DNA from: the human T2T-CHM13v2.0 reference genome, Homo sapiens
Direction of reading: 5' to 3'
Assembly: GCA_009914755.4 (NCBI GenBank)
Contig: CP086569.2
Span: 14,624,001 to 14,688,000 of the forward strand
DNA length: 64,000 nt
Shown: piece after piece, positions 19,801 through 38,939 of the stretch
Layout of the letters: each line of letters begins with the position of its first letter
Position numbering within the stretch: position 1 is the stretch's first letter
The notes under the pieces: model-generated
Databases searched by the model: none
Told to the model about the DNA's origin: nothing
The model's input: only the letters and a program-made list of their open reading frames with translations
Translations under genes and position numbers: made by a program

Positions 19801-20412
19801 TCTTATAATCCTTAATCTCTGTGTAGGTAGTTATGACAGTCATAATTTTAAAGTTTTGCAGACCAGAGTAAAAAGTCCTTTGATATTAAATAAAAAATGA
19901 ACAAGTGCACCTAATTCTCTGAAAATACAAAAAGGCTTAGATTGCTTTTCATTTCTTTTTTTGTGCATAATGGCAAGAAGCAGTAATTCACTTGGCAATA
20001 TTCTACTAATATGAGTGAGCTGACAGTTCTCCAATCATGCCACTGGTCTTCACTGGGTTCCTCTGTATAATAACTCAGGAACATCACTGCCTGTATGAAC
20101 GCTCTCAGCTGAACCAACTGAACCTCCCCTATGTGTGAAAAGCATTACAAACATTGAGACGTTGGAAATAAGTTTCTCAGGAAAAAATACCACCTGACTG
20201 CTCGACAATTCAGAATGATAATTATTTGCAGGAGGAGAAAAAGAAGCTTGTTTAATACATATCCATACCTCTCCTTCAGTCTCTTTTTGAGCACAGAAGT
20301 TGTTACCATATTGCTAGGTAACTGAGCTATCTCAGGCAATGTCCAGAAAGACCAGGGAGAAACACTCCCACTAGGAATCCCCACTTAAACGTTAGGCAAA
20401 TCCCATTAACCA

Positions 20413-20645
20413 TTTTTTTTCTTTTCTGTTTTCTCATTTTTCAGAAAACAGGGTCTCGCTGTGTCACACAGCATGGAGTGCAGTGGTGCGATCATAGCTC
20501 ACTGCAGCCTCTATCTCCAGGCTCAGGTGATCTTGCTTCAGGCTCTCTGGGACTAGAGGCGTGTACCGCTTTGCCTTACTTTTTCTTTTCTGGAGCGGGT
20601 AGGGGGAGATACGAGGTCTTGTTATGTTGCCCAGGCTCCATTTAC
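20413..20645 (-). mobile_element. Old, diverged Alu (AluJ-like), truncated
   Basis: cagaaaacagggtctcgctgtgtcacacagcatggagtgcagtggtgcgatcatagctcactgcagcctc ... gttatgttgcccaggctcc. Confidence 0.65.
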
Positions 20646-20931
20646 CATGTTTGATATCCAAATGTTGTCCATCTGTGTCCCAGCGAAACACAGATTACTA
20701 AGAAAAAAGGCAAACTGAACTCCTGGCTTTGGCACTCCCTGGAACTCAAAGTCAACTTTGATGTGCTACATAGTGCCTGAGGAGGGCTGGGCATTCAGAG
20801 GCCCAGAAACAATGAGAAGAGGCCGGAAGGGAGTCAGCTTTGCTTTCAGACTCTCAAACACCCAAAATTCAATCTTAGAATAGAATATTCTTCAGCTGGT
20901 TCACACTAGCCACTATAGAAAATCCTGGAAG

Positions 20932-21098
20932 TAGGGCTCACACCTGTAATCCCAGCACTCTGGGCGGCCAGGGAGGGCAGATAAACTGAGATCAGGAGTT
21001 CAAGACCAGCCGGGCCAACATAGTGAAACCCCTGTCTCTACAAAAATTATCCGGGGTATGGTGGCACAGGCATATAATCCCAGCTGCAAAAAAAAGTG
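20932..21098 (+). mobile_element. Alu fragment (left monomer plus part of right)
   Basis: tagggctcacacctgtaatcccagcactctgggcggccagggagggcagataaactgagatcaggagttcaagaccagccgggccaacatagtgaaacccctgtctctacaaaaattatccgggg. Confidence 0.75.
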
Positions 21099-21564
21099 GT
21101 TCCAAACAGAGGCTTCCATAGACGTAACTCACAGACAGTCTACCTTTGTCAGTTAATTTTGCAGGGAATAGTTGGAAAGTTTTTAAAAGCTAGGGAAACA
21201 ATTATTCGAAACTGCTATACTAATTTCCCTAATTTAGGTCAGTGTGACTGTAGAGATGCAGGAATGGCTTGCAATATTTAAATCCACACTAGATGTAATC
21301 TAGTAGGTGCTAAGTGCGATTGTGGCATGACTACCCCAGTGAGAAATATGCCGTAGAGTGGGCAGCTTTGTCCTAAAATTAGGTTATTGTCACACACGGA
21401 GGGTTCTGTGCTTTCCTTCCCGTTTCATTTAAATGGCCAGCGTGTGGCGCTGTCTCCCGTTAAAAATCTGCTTTTGTAATTTCCAGAGGCTTCTCCCCAA
21501 ACACCTTGGTATTTATATGCCTCCGTGTAAATTTTGATAGGCTTGAAAACATCAGAGAAACTGA

Positions 21565-21872
<308 letters not shown>

Positions 21873-23567
21873 TGACTTTTAACAGAATAGAGTTTCAGTA
21901 ACTCTGAAGAGCACCTGTAGATTTATCTTCATATTTAAACATGAAATTCAGAATAAATGCGATTACTTATTTGAACTTTGTTTAAAAAACTGCCTCAAAA
22001 AAGTCTCACTTTACAAAATGATAAGTACAAATTTTACTGAAAAGTATATTACGCATGTCACATGAAAAGTAGGACACTCAAAAGTTAGAAATGTCATTTT
22101 TAATTAAAAGTTACATTATTTAAGACTTCATTAAACTTTTGCTTCTATTAATTGTTTTATGCTTCTCCAAATATTTGTTTAGGGACAAGCCAGTAACATT
22201 TTTGTCATGTCAAGAGCCAGAAGTACAATGGTTACTGTTTATATTTTTAAGTGGCCTCTCATATTTGACTTTAAGTGTTCCCACCTATTTGTATGTTTTT
22301 CACTGTCTATGGCTTATATGTAGAATTTGACATGAGAGCCCTAAGTATTTATGGTTGCTTATAGTAGCATTGGTAACATTAGAAGTAGGGTAAAATTAGT
22401 TAACTGTCTTGTCACTGGGGCAAGTATTCAGTTTTACTGGCATCAGGCAGCCTGTGAAACCACTGGGTTTCAAAAACCCACCCTCCTTGCTGGGTGCAGC
22501 ATCTGTTCTGCTGTGTAAGACACCAGAATCAACAGAGGCCATCATATGTGCTGGAGAGACAGATTCACGGTAGGGTTTTGAGAGGGAAATCACACCCACA
22601 GCCAAACATCACCATAGCCATCACCAGATAATTGCCTTTGACATGTGAAAATGCACCCTCTGACACACTTTATTATTTGTAATTATTTTAACTTTGGTAA
22701 CCATTGCATCCAGGAAAAAAACTTCAGCCATGACCTAGTCTAGATTCTCAGCACAAGTGTAGAGCAGGCAGCAAACAAATTTAACACTGATTGATGGTGA
22801 CATGACATGAGAGGGCAAAGAGAAATTCTTGAGAAGTAGTGGTAGTTAGAAGTCATAGTATTAGGCAATTCTTTGTATATTTTGTAAAATAAGTTTAAAA
22901 TGTCATTAAAATAGTCTTCAGTGCAGAAAAGTAATAGGAAACACAATTCTGAAACTTTGTAAAATCTTAGGAAACATCACGGTGACTAACAAAAGTGATC
23001 TCTTTAAACTGTGTGGACTGCAACTACATTTTTATAATCTTGTTGAAAGGGAAAATGTGTTACATGCTAAAATTATACCCAAATAGGGTATCTAGCCTTG
23101 CAAGATAATAAAAGAAAGCAGAGGACTATAAATGGATGTGGTGGTCTTTTGTGCAAACAGCAGTGTATATTCAAAGACCCTATGCCGAAAGTAATAATTA
23201 TTATTTGTAAAATCATTAAATTGGCCATCAGAGACCACATGGGTACAGTACCATGAATGTGAACCTCATTCTTGCCTGAAGCCAAATTGCAAAAGATGCA
23301 AATTTGACATTTATCCATTTGGTTCTTTTATTTATTTATTTTTATTTTTATTTTTTAATTATTATTGTACTTTAAGTTTTAGGGTACATGTGCACAATGT
23401 GCAGGTTAGTTACATATGTATACATGTGCCATGCTGGTGTGCTGCACCCACTAACTCCTCATCTAGCATTAGGTATATCTCCCAGTGCTATCCCTCCCCC
23501 CTCCCCCACCTCACAACAGTCCCCAGAGTGTGATGTTCCCCTTCCTGTGTCCATGTGTTCTCATGGT

Positions 23568-27388
<3,821 letters not shown>

Positions 27389-27451
27389 TATGATGTTAGC
27401 TGGTTCTTTTGCTCGTTAGTTGATGCAGTTTCCTCCTAGTCTCGATGGTCT

Positions 27452-28466
27452 TTACATTTTGGCATGATTTTGCTGCGGCTGGTACCGGTTGTTCCTTTCC
27501 ATGTTTAGCGCTTCCTTAAGGAGCTCTTTTAGGGCATGCCTGGTGGTGACAAAATCTCTTAGCATTTGCTTGTCTGTAAAGTATTTTATTTCTCCTTCAC
27601 TTATGAAGCTTAGTTTGGCTGGATATGAAATTCTGGGTTGAAATTTCTTTTCTTTAAGAATGTTGAATATTGGCCCCCACTCTCTTCTGGCTTGTAGAGT
27701 TTCTGCCGAGAGATCTGCTGTTAGTCTGATGGGCTTCTCTTTGAGGGTAACCCGACCTTTCTCTCTGGCTGCCCTTAACATTTTTTCCTTCATTTCAACT
27801 TTGGTGAATCTGACAATTATGTGTCTTGGAGTTGCTGTTCTCGAGGAGTATCTTTGTGGCGTTCTCTGTATTTCCTGAATCTGAATGTTGGCCTGCCTTG
27901 CTAGATTGGGGAAGTTCTCCTGGATAATATCCTGCAGAGTGTTTTCCAACTTGATTCCATTCTCCCCGTCACTTTCAGGTACACCAATCAGACGTAGATT
28001 TGGCCTTTTCACATAGTCCCATATTTCTTGGAGGCTTTGCTCATTTCTTTTTATTCTTTTTTCTCTAAACTTCCCTTCTTGCTTCATTTCATTCGTTTCA
28101 TCTTCCATCGCTGATACCCTTTCTTCCATTTGATCACATTGGCTCCTGAGGCTTCTGCATTCTTCACGTAGTTCTCGAGCCTCGGTTTTCAGCTTCATCA
28201 GCTCCTTTAAGTACTTCTCTGTATTGGTTATTCTAGTTATACATTCTTCTAAATTTTTTTCAGTTTTCAACTTCTTTGCCTTTGGTTTGAATGTCCTCCC
28301 GTAGCTCGGAGTAATTTGATCGTCTGAAGCCTTCTTCTCTCAGCTCATCAAAGTCATTCTCCGTCCAGCTTTGTTCCATTGCTGGTGAGGAACTGCATTC
28401 CTTTGGAGGAGGAGAGGCACTCTGTTTTTTAGAGTTTCCAGTTTTTCTGCTCTCTGTTTTCCCCAT
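27452..28466 (-). pseudogene. L1 ORF1 remnant (frameshifted)
   Basis: Track ORFs 28260..28466 (MGKTESRKTGNSKKQSASPPPKECSSSPAMEQSW...) and 27452..28270 (...RITNTEKYLKELMKLKTEARELREECRSLRSQCDQMEE...NHAKM) lie in different frames, so there is a frameshift near 28265. Confidence 0.8.
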
Positions 28467-29423
28467 CTTTGTGGCTTTATCTACTTTTGGTCTTTGATGA
28501 TAGTGATGTACAGATGGGTTTTTGGTGTGGATGTCCTTTCTGTTTGTTAGTTTTCCTTCTAACAGACAGGACCCTCAGCTGCAGGTCTGTTGGAGTACCT
28601 GGCCTTGTGAGGTGTCAGTCTGCCCCTGCTGGGGGGTGCCTCCCAGTTAGGCTGCTCGGGGGTCAGGGGTCAGTGACCCACTTGAGGAGGCAGTCTGCCC
28701 ATTCTCAGATCTCCAGCTGCGTGTTGGGAGAACCACTACTCTCTGCAAAGCTGTCAGACAGGGACATTTAAGTCTGCAGAGGTTACTGCTGTCTTTTTGT
28801 TTGTCCGTGCCCTGCCCCCAGAGGTGGAGCCTACAGAGGCATGCAGGCCTCCTTGAGCTGTGGTGGGCTCCACCCAGTTCGAGCTTCCTGGCTACTTTGT
28901 TTACCTAAGCAAGCTTGGGCAATGGTGGGCGCCCCTCCCCCAGCCTCGCTGCCGCTTTGCAGTTTGATCTCAGACTGCTGTGCTAGCAATCAGCGAGACT
29001 CCATGGGCATAGGACCCTCTGAGCCATGTGCGGGATATAATCTCCTGGTGTGCTGTTTTTTAAGCCTGTCGGAAAAGCACAGTATTCGGGTGGGAGTGAC
29101 CTGATTTTCCACGTGCCGTCTGTCACCCCTTTCTTTGACTAGGAAAGGGAACTCCCTGACCCCTTGCGCTTTCCAAGTGAGGCAATGCCTCGCCCTGCTT
29201 CCGCTCACCCACGGTGCATGTACCCACTGACCTGCACCCGCCATCTGGCACTCCCTAGTGAGATGAACCCGGTACCTCAGATGGAAATGCAGAAATCACC
29301 CGTCTTTTGCCCCGCTCATGCTGGTCACTGTAGACTGGAGCTTTTCCTTTTCAGCCATCTTGGCTCCTCCCCATTTGGTTCTTAATTGTACCCTGTGCTG
29401 TACATTTCACCATTTATTTTTCT

Positions 29424-29466
29424 TGTGTGTGTGTGTGTGTGTGTGTCTGTGTATGTGCGTGTGTGT
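29424..29466. repeat. (GT)n microsatellite
   Basis: gtgtgtgtgtgtgtgtgtgtctgtgtatgtgcgtgtgtg, lying immediately 5' of the L1 insertion site. Confidence 0.9.
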
Positions 29467-30187
29467 TTTACTCTTGGCATTGGTTTGGTGATGCAATTTA
29501 AAGCTGAGCAGAAGAGAACCAAGTCTGGAGGAGAAGGAAAACAGTTAAAGAACAGTGTTAGCAGAGCTGAGCTAGCAAAGCCTGAGAACTGCACCTGAGA
29601 GTGTGGAAGTATGGGTAAATACAAGCGTACTTCCACACTCCTTGATCTTGCCACTTTTACTTTTCCTGAAGTGAACTGCAATCTCTATGAGAAGATGCAC
29701 ACTCTTGCATCATCAAATGGGGGCAATTAGAAAGGAAGCTAGACCTCATCTGTGACTTTCCTCCCTTTACTTCACTTTCCCCTGATAACCAAAACCAGGA
29801 TGACACTGTTCTGTTCATGACTCTTAAATGCTGTCATATTTAACTATTTGTTCTCCAAGTTTTTCATGAGTTCTCATTTTGCTTTTCCAAGAGAGATATG
29901 TCAGATAAAGATTATACTTGCTACCTTCACACTTTATCCTTATCCAACACAGCTGGAAAACCTTTAAAAAGGCAAATTGCTAGCCCAAAAAAACAAGGAG
30001 TCTAAGAGAGTCTTGGATAAATGTATTGGAAAAATATGTCCATTTGATTGTTAAGAAATAGATTGGTATGTCCAATCCATATCAACACACATCTAAAAAA
30101 TATACTTTCAATAAAATTAAATCATAGATTCTATTTAAATTATAATATCTGTACAATTTTTAACAGATATTTTTGTTGTTGTTGTCC

Positions 30188-30455
30188 TTTTTTTTTTTTT
30201 TTTTGAGAGAGGGTCTGGCTCTGTCACTGAGGCTGAACAAAATGTTGTGATCTGGGCTCACTGCAGCCTCAACCTCCTGGGCTTACGCAATCCTCCCACC
30301 TCAGTCTCCTGAGTTGCTGGGGACCACAGGTGTTCACCATCATGCCTGGCTAATTTTTGTACTTTTTGTATAAACGGGGTTTTACCATGTTGCTCAGGCT
30401 GGTCTCAGACCCCTGAGCTCAAGTGATCCTTCTGCCCCAGGCTCCAAAGTGCTCC
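30188..30455 (-). mobile_element. Old Alu (AluJ-like)
   Basis: poly-T, then gagagagggtctggctctgtcactgaggctgaacaaaatgttgtgatctgggctcactgcagcctcaacctcctgggc ... gctccaaagtgct. Confidence 0.75.
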
Positions 30456-30697
30456 TCAGATGTACTTCTGAAATCAAATATCCCTCAAAGCATAGTCCCT
30501 GGTTGAATTTATATGGAATCGCCTGGGGTATGATTTAAAAACTGACATTTCAACTCCTCACCTTAGATGTACTGACTCAGAATCGCTGAATTTAGGGTCC
30601 TGGAGTCTATCTTAAGTAAAGATTACAGAGGTTTCTCATTTTTTGCAGATAAACAGAAACAAACAAAGAAACAAACAAAGAAAAAGAAACCAATAAC

Positions 30698-30995
30698 TGG
30701 CCGGGCAGGGTGGCTGCTCACTCCTGTAATCCCAGCACTTTGGGAGGCTGAGGCAGGCAACCCATTTGTGGTCAAGAGTTCGAGACCAGCCTTGCCAACA
30801 CAGCTAAACCCTGTCTCTACCAAAAATACAAAAATTAGCCGGACATGGTGGTAGGTGCCTGTAATACCAGATACTCAGGAGGCTGAGGCATGAGAACTGC
30901 TTGAACCTGGGAGGCAGAGAACGCAGTGAGCCGAGATGGTGCTACTGTACTCCAGTATGGGCAACAGAGTAAGACTCAGTCTTAAAAAAAAAAAA
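30698..30995 (+). mobile_element. Alu SINE with 13-bp TSD
   Basis: ggccgggcagggtggctgctcactcctgtaatcccagcactttgggaggctgaggcagg ... gtcttaaaaaaaaaaaag. Flanking repeats gaaaccaataact at 30685-30697 and 30996-31008. Confidence 0.9.
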
Positions 30996-31118
30996 GGAAA
31001 CCAATAACTAAAGAAAATGCAGGGAAGAGAATAACTTTTGCAAACTGTGAAAGAGGGCTTTATTTTGTGTGATTCCTCTAGAACCTGACCAAGACAACCA
31101 CACATTTTGGTCTATCTT

Positions 31119-31180
31119 TGTTCATGTAGATATAAATAAGAGACAATTGTTCATGTAGATATAAATAAGAGACAATTAAG
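31119..31180. repeat. 29-bp direct tandem duplication
   Basis: gttcatgtagatataaataagagacaatt occurs twice back-to-back. Confidence 0.85.
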
Positions 31181-32325
31181 ATGCTCTTCTACTCTCTTTA
31201 AATGTGTGTTTGTCTATTTAAGTAAAACCAATGTCAGCGTAAGGTTTAATTCTTCACTAGACAAATTCCGATCATGGGGGTCAAGGAGACTTGGAGAAAG
31301 ACATACTAAGCACCTTCTTACTAGCTGCACCTGAGGGTCCTACCCCTTTATCCATCATTTCCTCAGCATACTCTTAGTGTTTTCCTCCCCTGTGGCTGGC
31401 TTTCATGAACTTAGGTTGTGGCTTACCTGGTTATGTCAAAAGTCAGAGAACTTCCATGTTTCAACTTGGAAGGTGAGCTGGATAATAAATTAGGTATACA
31501 TGGGCAGAGTGAAAAAAAAAAAACTGGAATTTGACTGTTATTCTGACTTTACTAGAATGTTTTCCTTTTAAAAGTTACTTTAAGCTGCAATTAAAATAAA
31601 TAATATGAGAAAGACCTGCGTAATCACAGAGAAAGTATGTGATTATTCTAAAGGAAGAAAGCAATATAACTGCAAGTATTATTTTAACATATGCATAATA
31701 AGGTAGCCCTATATGTTTATGCCCAAGTTTCCTTTTAATAACTGACTGTTCTCCTTTATGGTTTAGTATAAAATGCATTTATTCATAGAAATGAATATGC
31801 TATGGAACCCATAGAAGTAGCACACACATTGCTTTTTTAAAAAAATACAGCGACCCTTGTGAACATCCAAAGGCTGTTTTTAAAAGCTCAGCATGCTTGT
31901 CCTTGTGATTTCACTTTCTAGAATATGCATTTCATGATATGACAGGCAAAATTATAAATCAAATTAAGATACCTAAGAAAATGTCAGTGTACATAATATC
32001 TTTGCCTTCACCAAGACCGCGTATTTGCTTTACTTTAAAACTCCAAAGAAACACTAGGAAACAATCCCCTACAGCTTTTGGAAATGTTTTTAGTAATTCA
32101 CAAATGAAAGTGACAACATTTAGAAGACAATCTGTGTATTCAGACATCATTATGTATTGACACATGCCTACTTGGGGTCACTATAGTTAGCTTCTTTACT
32201 CTTCATTAATATTAATTAACATATGTAAAAAAGATTTCCATTTGCAATTCTGAGCAATTTTAAAACAAATAACTGAACTCATGTAAGCTTAGCCCAAAAT
32301 TACTAGGTTTCCAGCCCAAGTAAAG

Positions 32326-32652
32326 CAGTGGTCCCCAACCTTTTTGGCACCATGGACCGGTTTCATGGAAGACAATTTTTCCGTGGACCTGGAGGTAGCA
32401 GGTGATGGTATAAGGATAAAATTGTTACACTCAGATCAGCATTTGATTCTTATAAGGAGTATGCTACCTAGATATCTTGCATGCATAGTTCACTGTAAGG
32501 TTGGAGCTGCTATAGAATTTAATGCCGCCACTGATCTGACCTGAGGAAGAGCAGTAATGTTCCCTGGACTGCCACTTACTTCCTGCTGTGTCTCGGTTCC
32601 TAACAGGCCACTGACATGTACTGGTCTGAGGCTTGGGGACTGGGGACCCCTG
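32326..32652 (+). mobile_element. MER1-type (hAT-Charlie) non-autonomous DNA transposon with perfect 8-bp TSD
   Basis: cagtggtccccaacctttttggcaccatggaccggtttcatggaagacaatttttccgtggac ... ggttcctaacaggccactgacatgtactggtctgaggcttggggactggggacccctg matches my recollection of the MER1A/B consensus. Terminal inverted repeats are cagtggtccccaa / ttggggacccctg. The 8-bp direct repeat aagtaaag is at 32318-32325 and 32653-32660, the hAT hallmark. Confidence 0.75.
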
Positions 32653-33632
32653 AAGTAAAGGATTGTCATGGCTAAAACCTACAGATAGGGCTAGCTACAT
32701 AATTTGTGAGACTTCATGCAAAATGAAAATTCAGGGAAACTTGTTCAAACATTATAAAGAATTTCAGCCGGTGATGGCAGAACAGCCCTTCTAAGAGTGT
32801 GACTGTACCACTGTACAGCTTGCATGCCCCTGAAACTGGCTCTGCCTGTAGAACCTTGTGAACAAGATGACCCTGATTTTCTAATTCGCTAAGAAACACA
32901 TCAATGCCAGTTGATTCGATTGGCCTTGCTGGTTTAAGCTATGTGAAGAAATACACATGTAAAATGATGTACTTGAAAAACACTCATAATAGGATAGCTG
33001 CAGATGGCTGTCATTCCAATTTGTTAACAGGCAGATATCAAAATTGCAGAGTGGAACCTGTGTATAAGAATAGGGGAAAGGGTGGAAAATTGCAAAACAA
33101 CTGTACAGCCTTTGAGCAAAGAGGATTCGAGCCTTCTGATGTAGCTTTGAGTAGAGGGAGTGCATCTAGATAGCCTGACTGTGCTTAGCTGGGTGCTTAT
33201 GGAGATCCTCTTTTCGAAGGTGAAAGTGCAATTGGGTAGGAGACGGTGGAGATGTCAGAGCAAAGGAACAGCAGTCAGTTGTCCTTTCGAATTGCAGTGT
33301 GCCTGGGTCTTTTTTCTCTGGGTTTTCCTACCTGCAAGGGGACTGTCACTTCCTGATGCGGCTGAGGAGAGTGTAGAGCTTTGTTACAGGTTGTGTGTTA
33401 TCAATGCCTCCTGTCTTTCTGTGGCAGGATCCTGGCTGGGGAGGGAGAACTCGTGTGCTAAAAGAGCACTGGAAAAGACAAGAGAGGCCGGAGCAGCCAT
33501 TCCAAAGCTAAAAAGGCTGAGTCAAGAGGCTCGGGGCAAATCATGGGGAAAGAAAGAGGTTAAGACGCAAGTCTATTTTGAATAAATCACTCACTGTGGG
33601 CGTGCAAAGCTTATTAGAAAAACAAACGCCTG

Positions 33633-36070
<2,438 letters not shown>

Positions 36071-36660
36071 AGAGAAATGGGCACACTCTGCACTCCTCCT
36101 GAGTCTTCAGGGAATGGAAGACCCAGTGCTCACTTCTGTGGTGAAATTACCCAGACATCCTGGATAGAGCCAGGAGAGAGCCCGTCCCCAGTCACCTTGT
36201 TTCCAACCCTCTGTGCCCTACCATGAAAGTCGCTCTCCTGAGAAGATGCCACACTATTGCAGAAAACAAAACAGAGCAGCCTATTCCCGGGGAATAGGCT
36301 TTTTTTTTTTTTTTTTTTTTTCAATTAAATTGTCAGTGCTGTTATTTATTTGTTTTACAGTTTCAGTGGCTAAAGCAGCAGCTTAGATGAAGCCATTTCC
36401 CCGAGAAAGGCATGATTTCTCTTCGGAAGAAAAACTGCTGACAGAATGCACATTGCTGGAGAATCCCAATTACATTTTAATTAGCTGGGGGTGACATAAG
36501 CTGCAAATTAGTTAGGACTTAATAAGTGCTGTGTTTGTCATCAATTGCAAGGCCATTCTTCAAGCTTTAACCCTAACCTGGTAATGCTTAAATTGATTTA
36601 TCTAAATGGCAGGGATTAAGCTTTCTTAAGATCTGAAAAGACAGCAACACACTCTCTTTA

Positions 36661-37057
<397 letters not shown>

Positions 37058-37068
37058 AGAAGGAAGAT

Positions 37069-37185
37069 GGGCCGGATGCAGTGGCTCAAGGACTGTAATC
37101 CCTGTACTTGAGGCAGGCGGATCATTTGAGGTCAGGAGTTGGAGACCAGTGTGGCCAACATAGTGGAACCCCATGTCCACCAACT
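37069..37185 (+). mobile_element. Alu left-monomer fragment (FLAM-like)
   Basis: gggccggatgcagtggctcaaggactgtaatccctgtacttgaggcaggcggatcatttgaggtcaggagttggagaccagtgtggccaacatagtggaacccc. Confidence 0.7.
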
Positions 37186-38939
37186 CATGACACCGCATGT
37201 GGTGTTTATTAATCTACTTGTAAAGGCTGGGCTACAAGAAGTCTTAGGAAGACTCTTTTTCTACAGGGTCACCCCACACCTCCAACTCCTGCAAATGAGC
37301 CCATCCAGAAAGCTGTCTCTGGAGCACATGCCTGTTTCCATCTTCTCTTGCACAGTTTCAGGCCATGTTTAAGGATGGGAGAAGATTGCCTGGCCTCCAG
37401 CCTGGATGCCAGCCAGGTATGTGGACTTTCAAGTATGAAAGCTGTCAGGCTTTGCCTCAGGAGAGCACAACTTATGCACTTGTGGTATAGGCAGTGACTC
37501 AGATTCCCTGGGGCTGTGACCTGCTGTTGTCAGCCTGCTGTGACTTTCCTCTTCAGCAGAGGAATCTAGACTCTAATAGTCTCCGCCCTAGTTGTCCCCA
37601 CTTTTCTCCACTGCCCAGCACTTCAGCAACAAGACAGAAAAGCAGTGGGTAGATGTGCATACCTAGTACCTCCAGGTCTGCAGGCTGCTTCTGCCACACC
37701 TGCATGCAGTGGCTGTCAACCACTCCTGAAAACACAAGGGACTCAGTACTGAGGCATGAAGGTGGGAATGCAAACCAAGAGTACCTGAGTAATCCAGCAC
37801 TGCTCTGACCTGGAATTCTTTAGAATGTCATACAGAAAGGAAGATGGGATGGAAACCCAATTATTTCACAACTGAATGCTTCCCTTCATTCATGAAAAGG
37901 AACAGTGAATGTTACCACCTCCTGAAATGTCGGTATCTGGCTCCAGGATGCTTTGTCCAGGGCATTCAGCATGGAGCTAATTCAGGCTCAAAAATATAAT
38001 ACATGTAGGAGGTTAGCAGAGTGAAGAGGAGCTATGAGTCTGTGAGCTATGGAACAGGGAAGTGGGCTTTGGGGCTGGGCAGATCTGCTCTGCACCCAGG
38101 CTCTGCTGCTTTGTATATGGGTAGGTAGGGTGGATTACACCATCTTCCTGAATATCAACCCCTCATGCATCCAGTGGGGGACAGAAGCACCTGCCCTGCA
38201 AGATGCAATCAGGACACGAAACGTGTTGGAATAATATACGCAATGGTAATACAGCAGCTCGCTCTGCCTGGAAGATTACTAAGAAGCAGCCACTCTGCTG
38301 GGTGTTTTACAAGTTTTACATCACATTTTATGTTCTAACCTGGCTGGTATGTTTCAGTGAATGGTATAAAATGTTAGGACTACGGTAGAGAGACTTATGA
38401 AAGTGTTATGGGGCACTGCTTGTATTAAATCTATGGATAAGTTTGTACTGCTTTCCAGAACCCTGACTCTTACACCATTTTTGGGGGAGGGGAGGTTTTG
38501 GACAGCAGTTAATGAAGCATATCCATATTATCCAAAGGCATTTTATCTATGAAATATGACCAGAAAAAACTGAAAGTGCATCATGCAATGCCTTGTGTAA
38601 ACCATAGAATTTCTGTGCATGGTCTAAGCTTACAGAGCCTTAGGATTCTGGTCAGCTACTTTTCAACATTTCTATTTAACTTACCCTGGGCTCCATATTT
38701 TGAAAGCAGGTTGTGTATCAACATGTGACATTTGTTAAGTATGACCTAGTTTTTCCTCTTTTCATTAATCAAATATATCCATAACTCTTTCAAGCTTTAG
38801 ATTATCTTTAGGTCTCCTCCATGACCAGAGGCAATTAATAAAATGAATACTTTGCACCATCATCTTAGGAAAATGGGTTATTTTGGGGAGTTTTCTGAAA
38901 TATTTTAAAAGAGGTGATAAATGCCAATTCCTTTTCCAG

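Noticed and set aside
29585-29650. 13-bp stem hairpin gagtgtggaagta...tacttccacactc
   Set aside because: A short, isolated inverted repeat of this size occurs by chance. No adjacent U-tract or other context suggests function.
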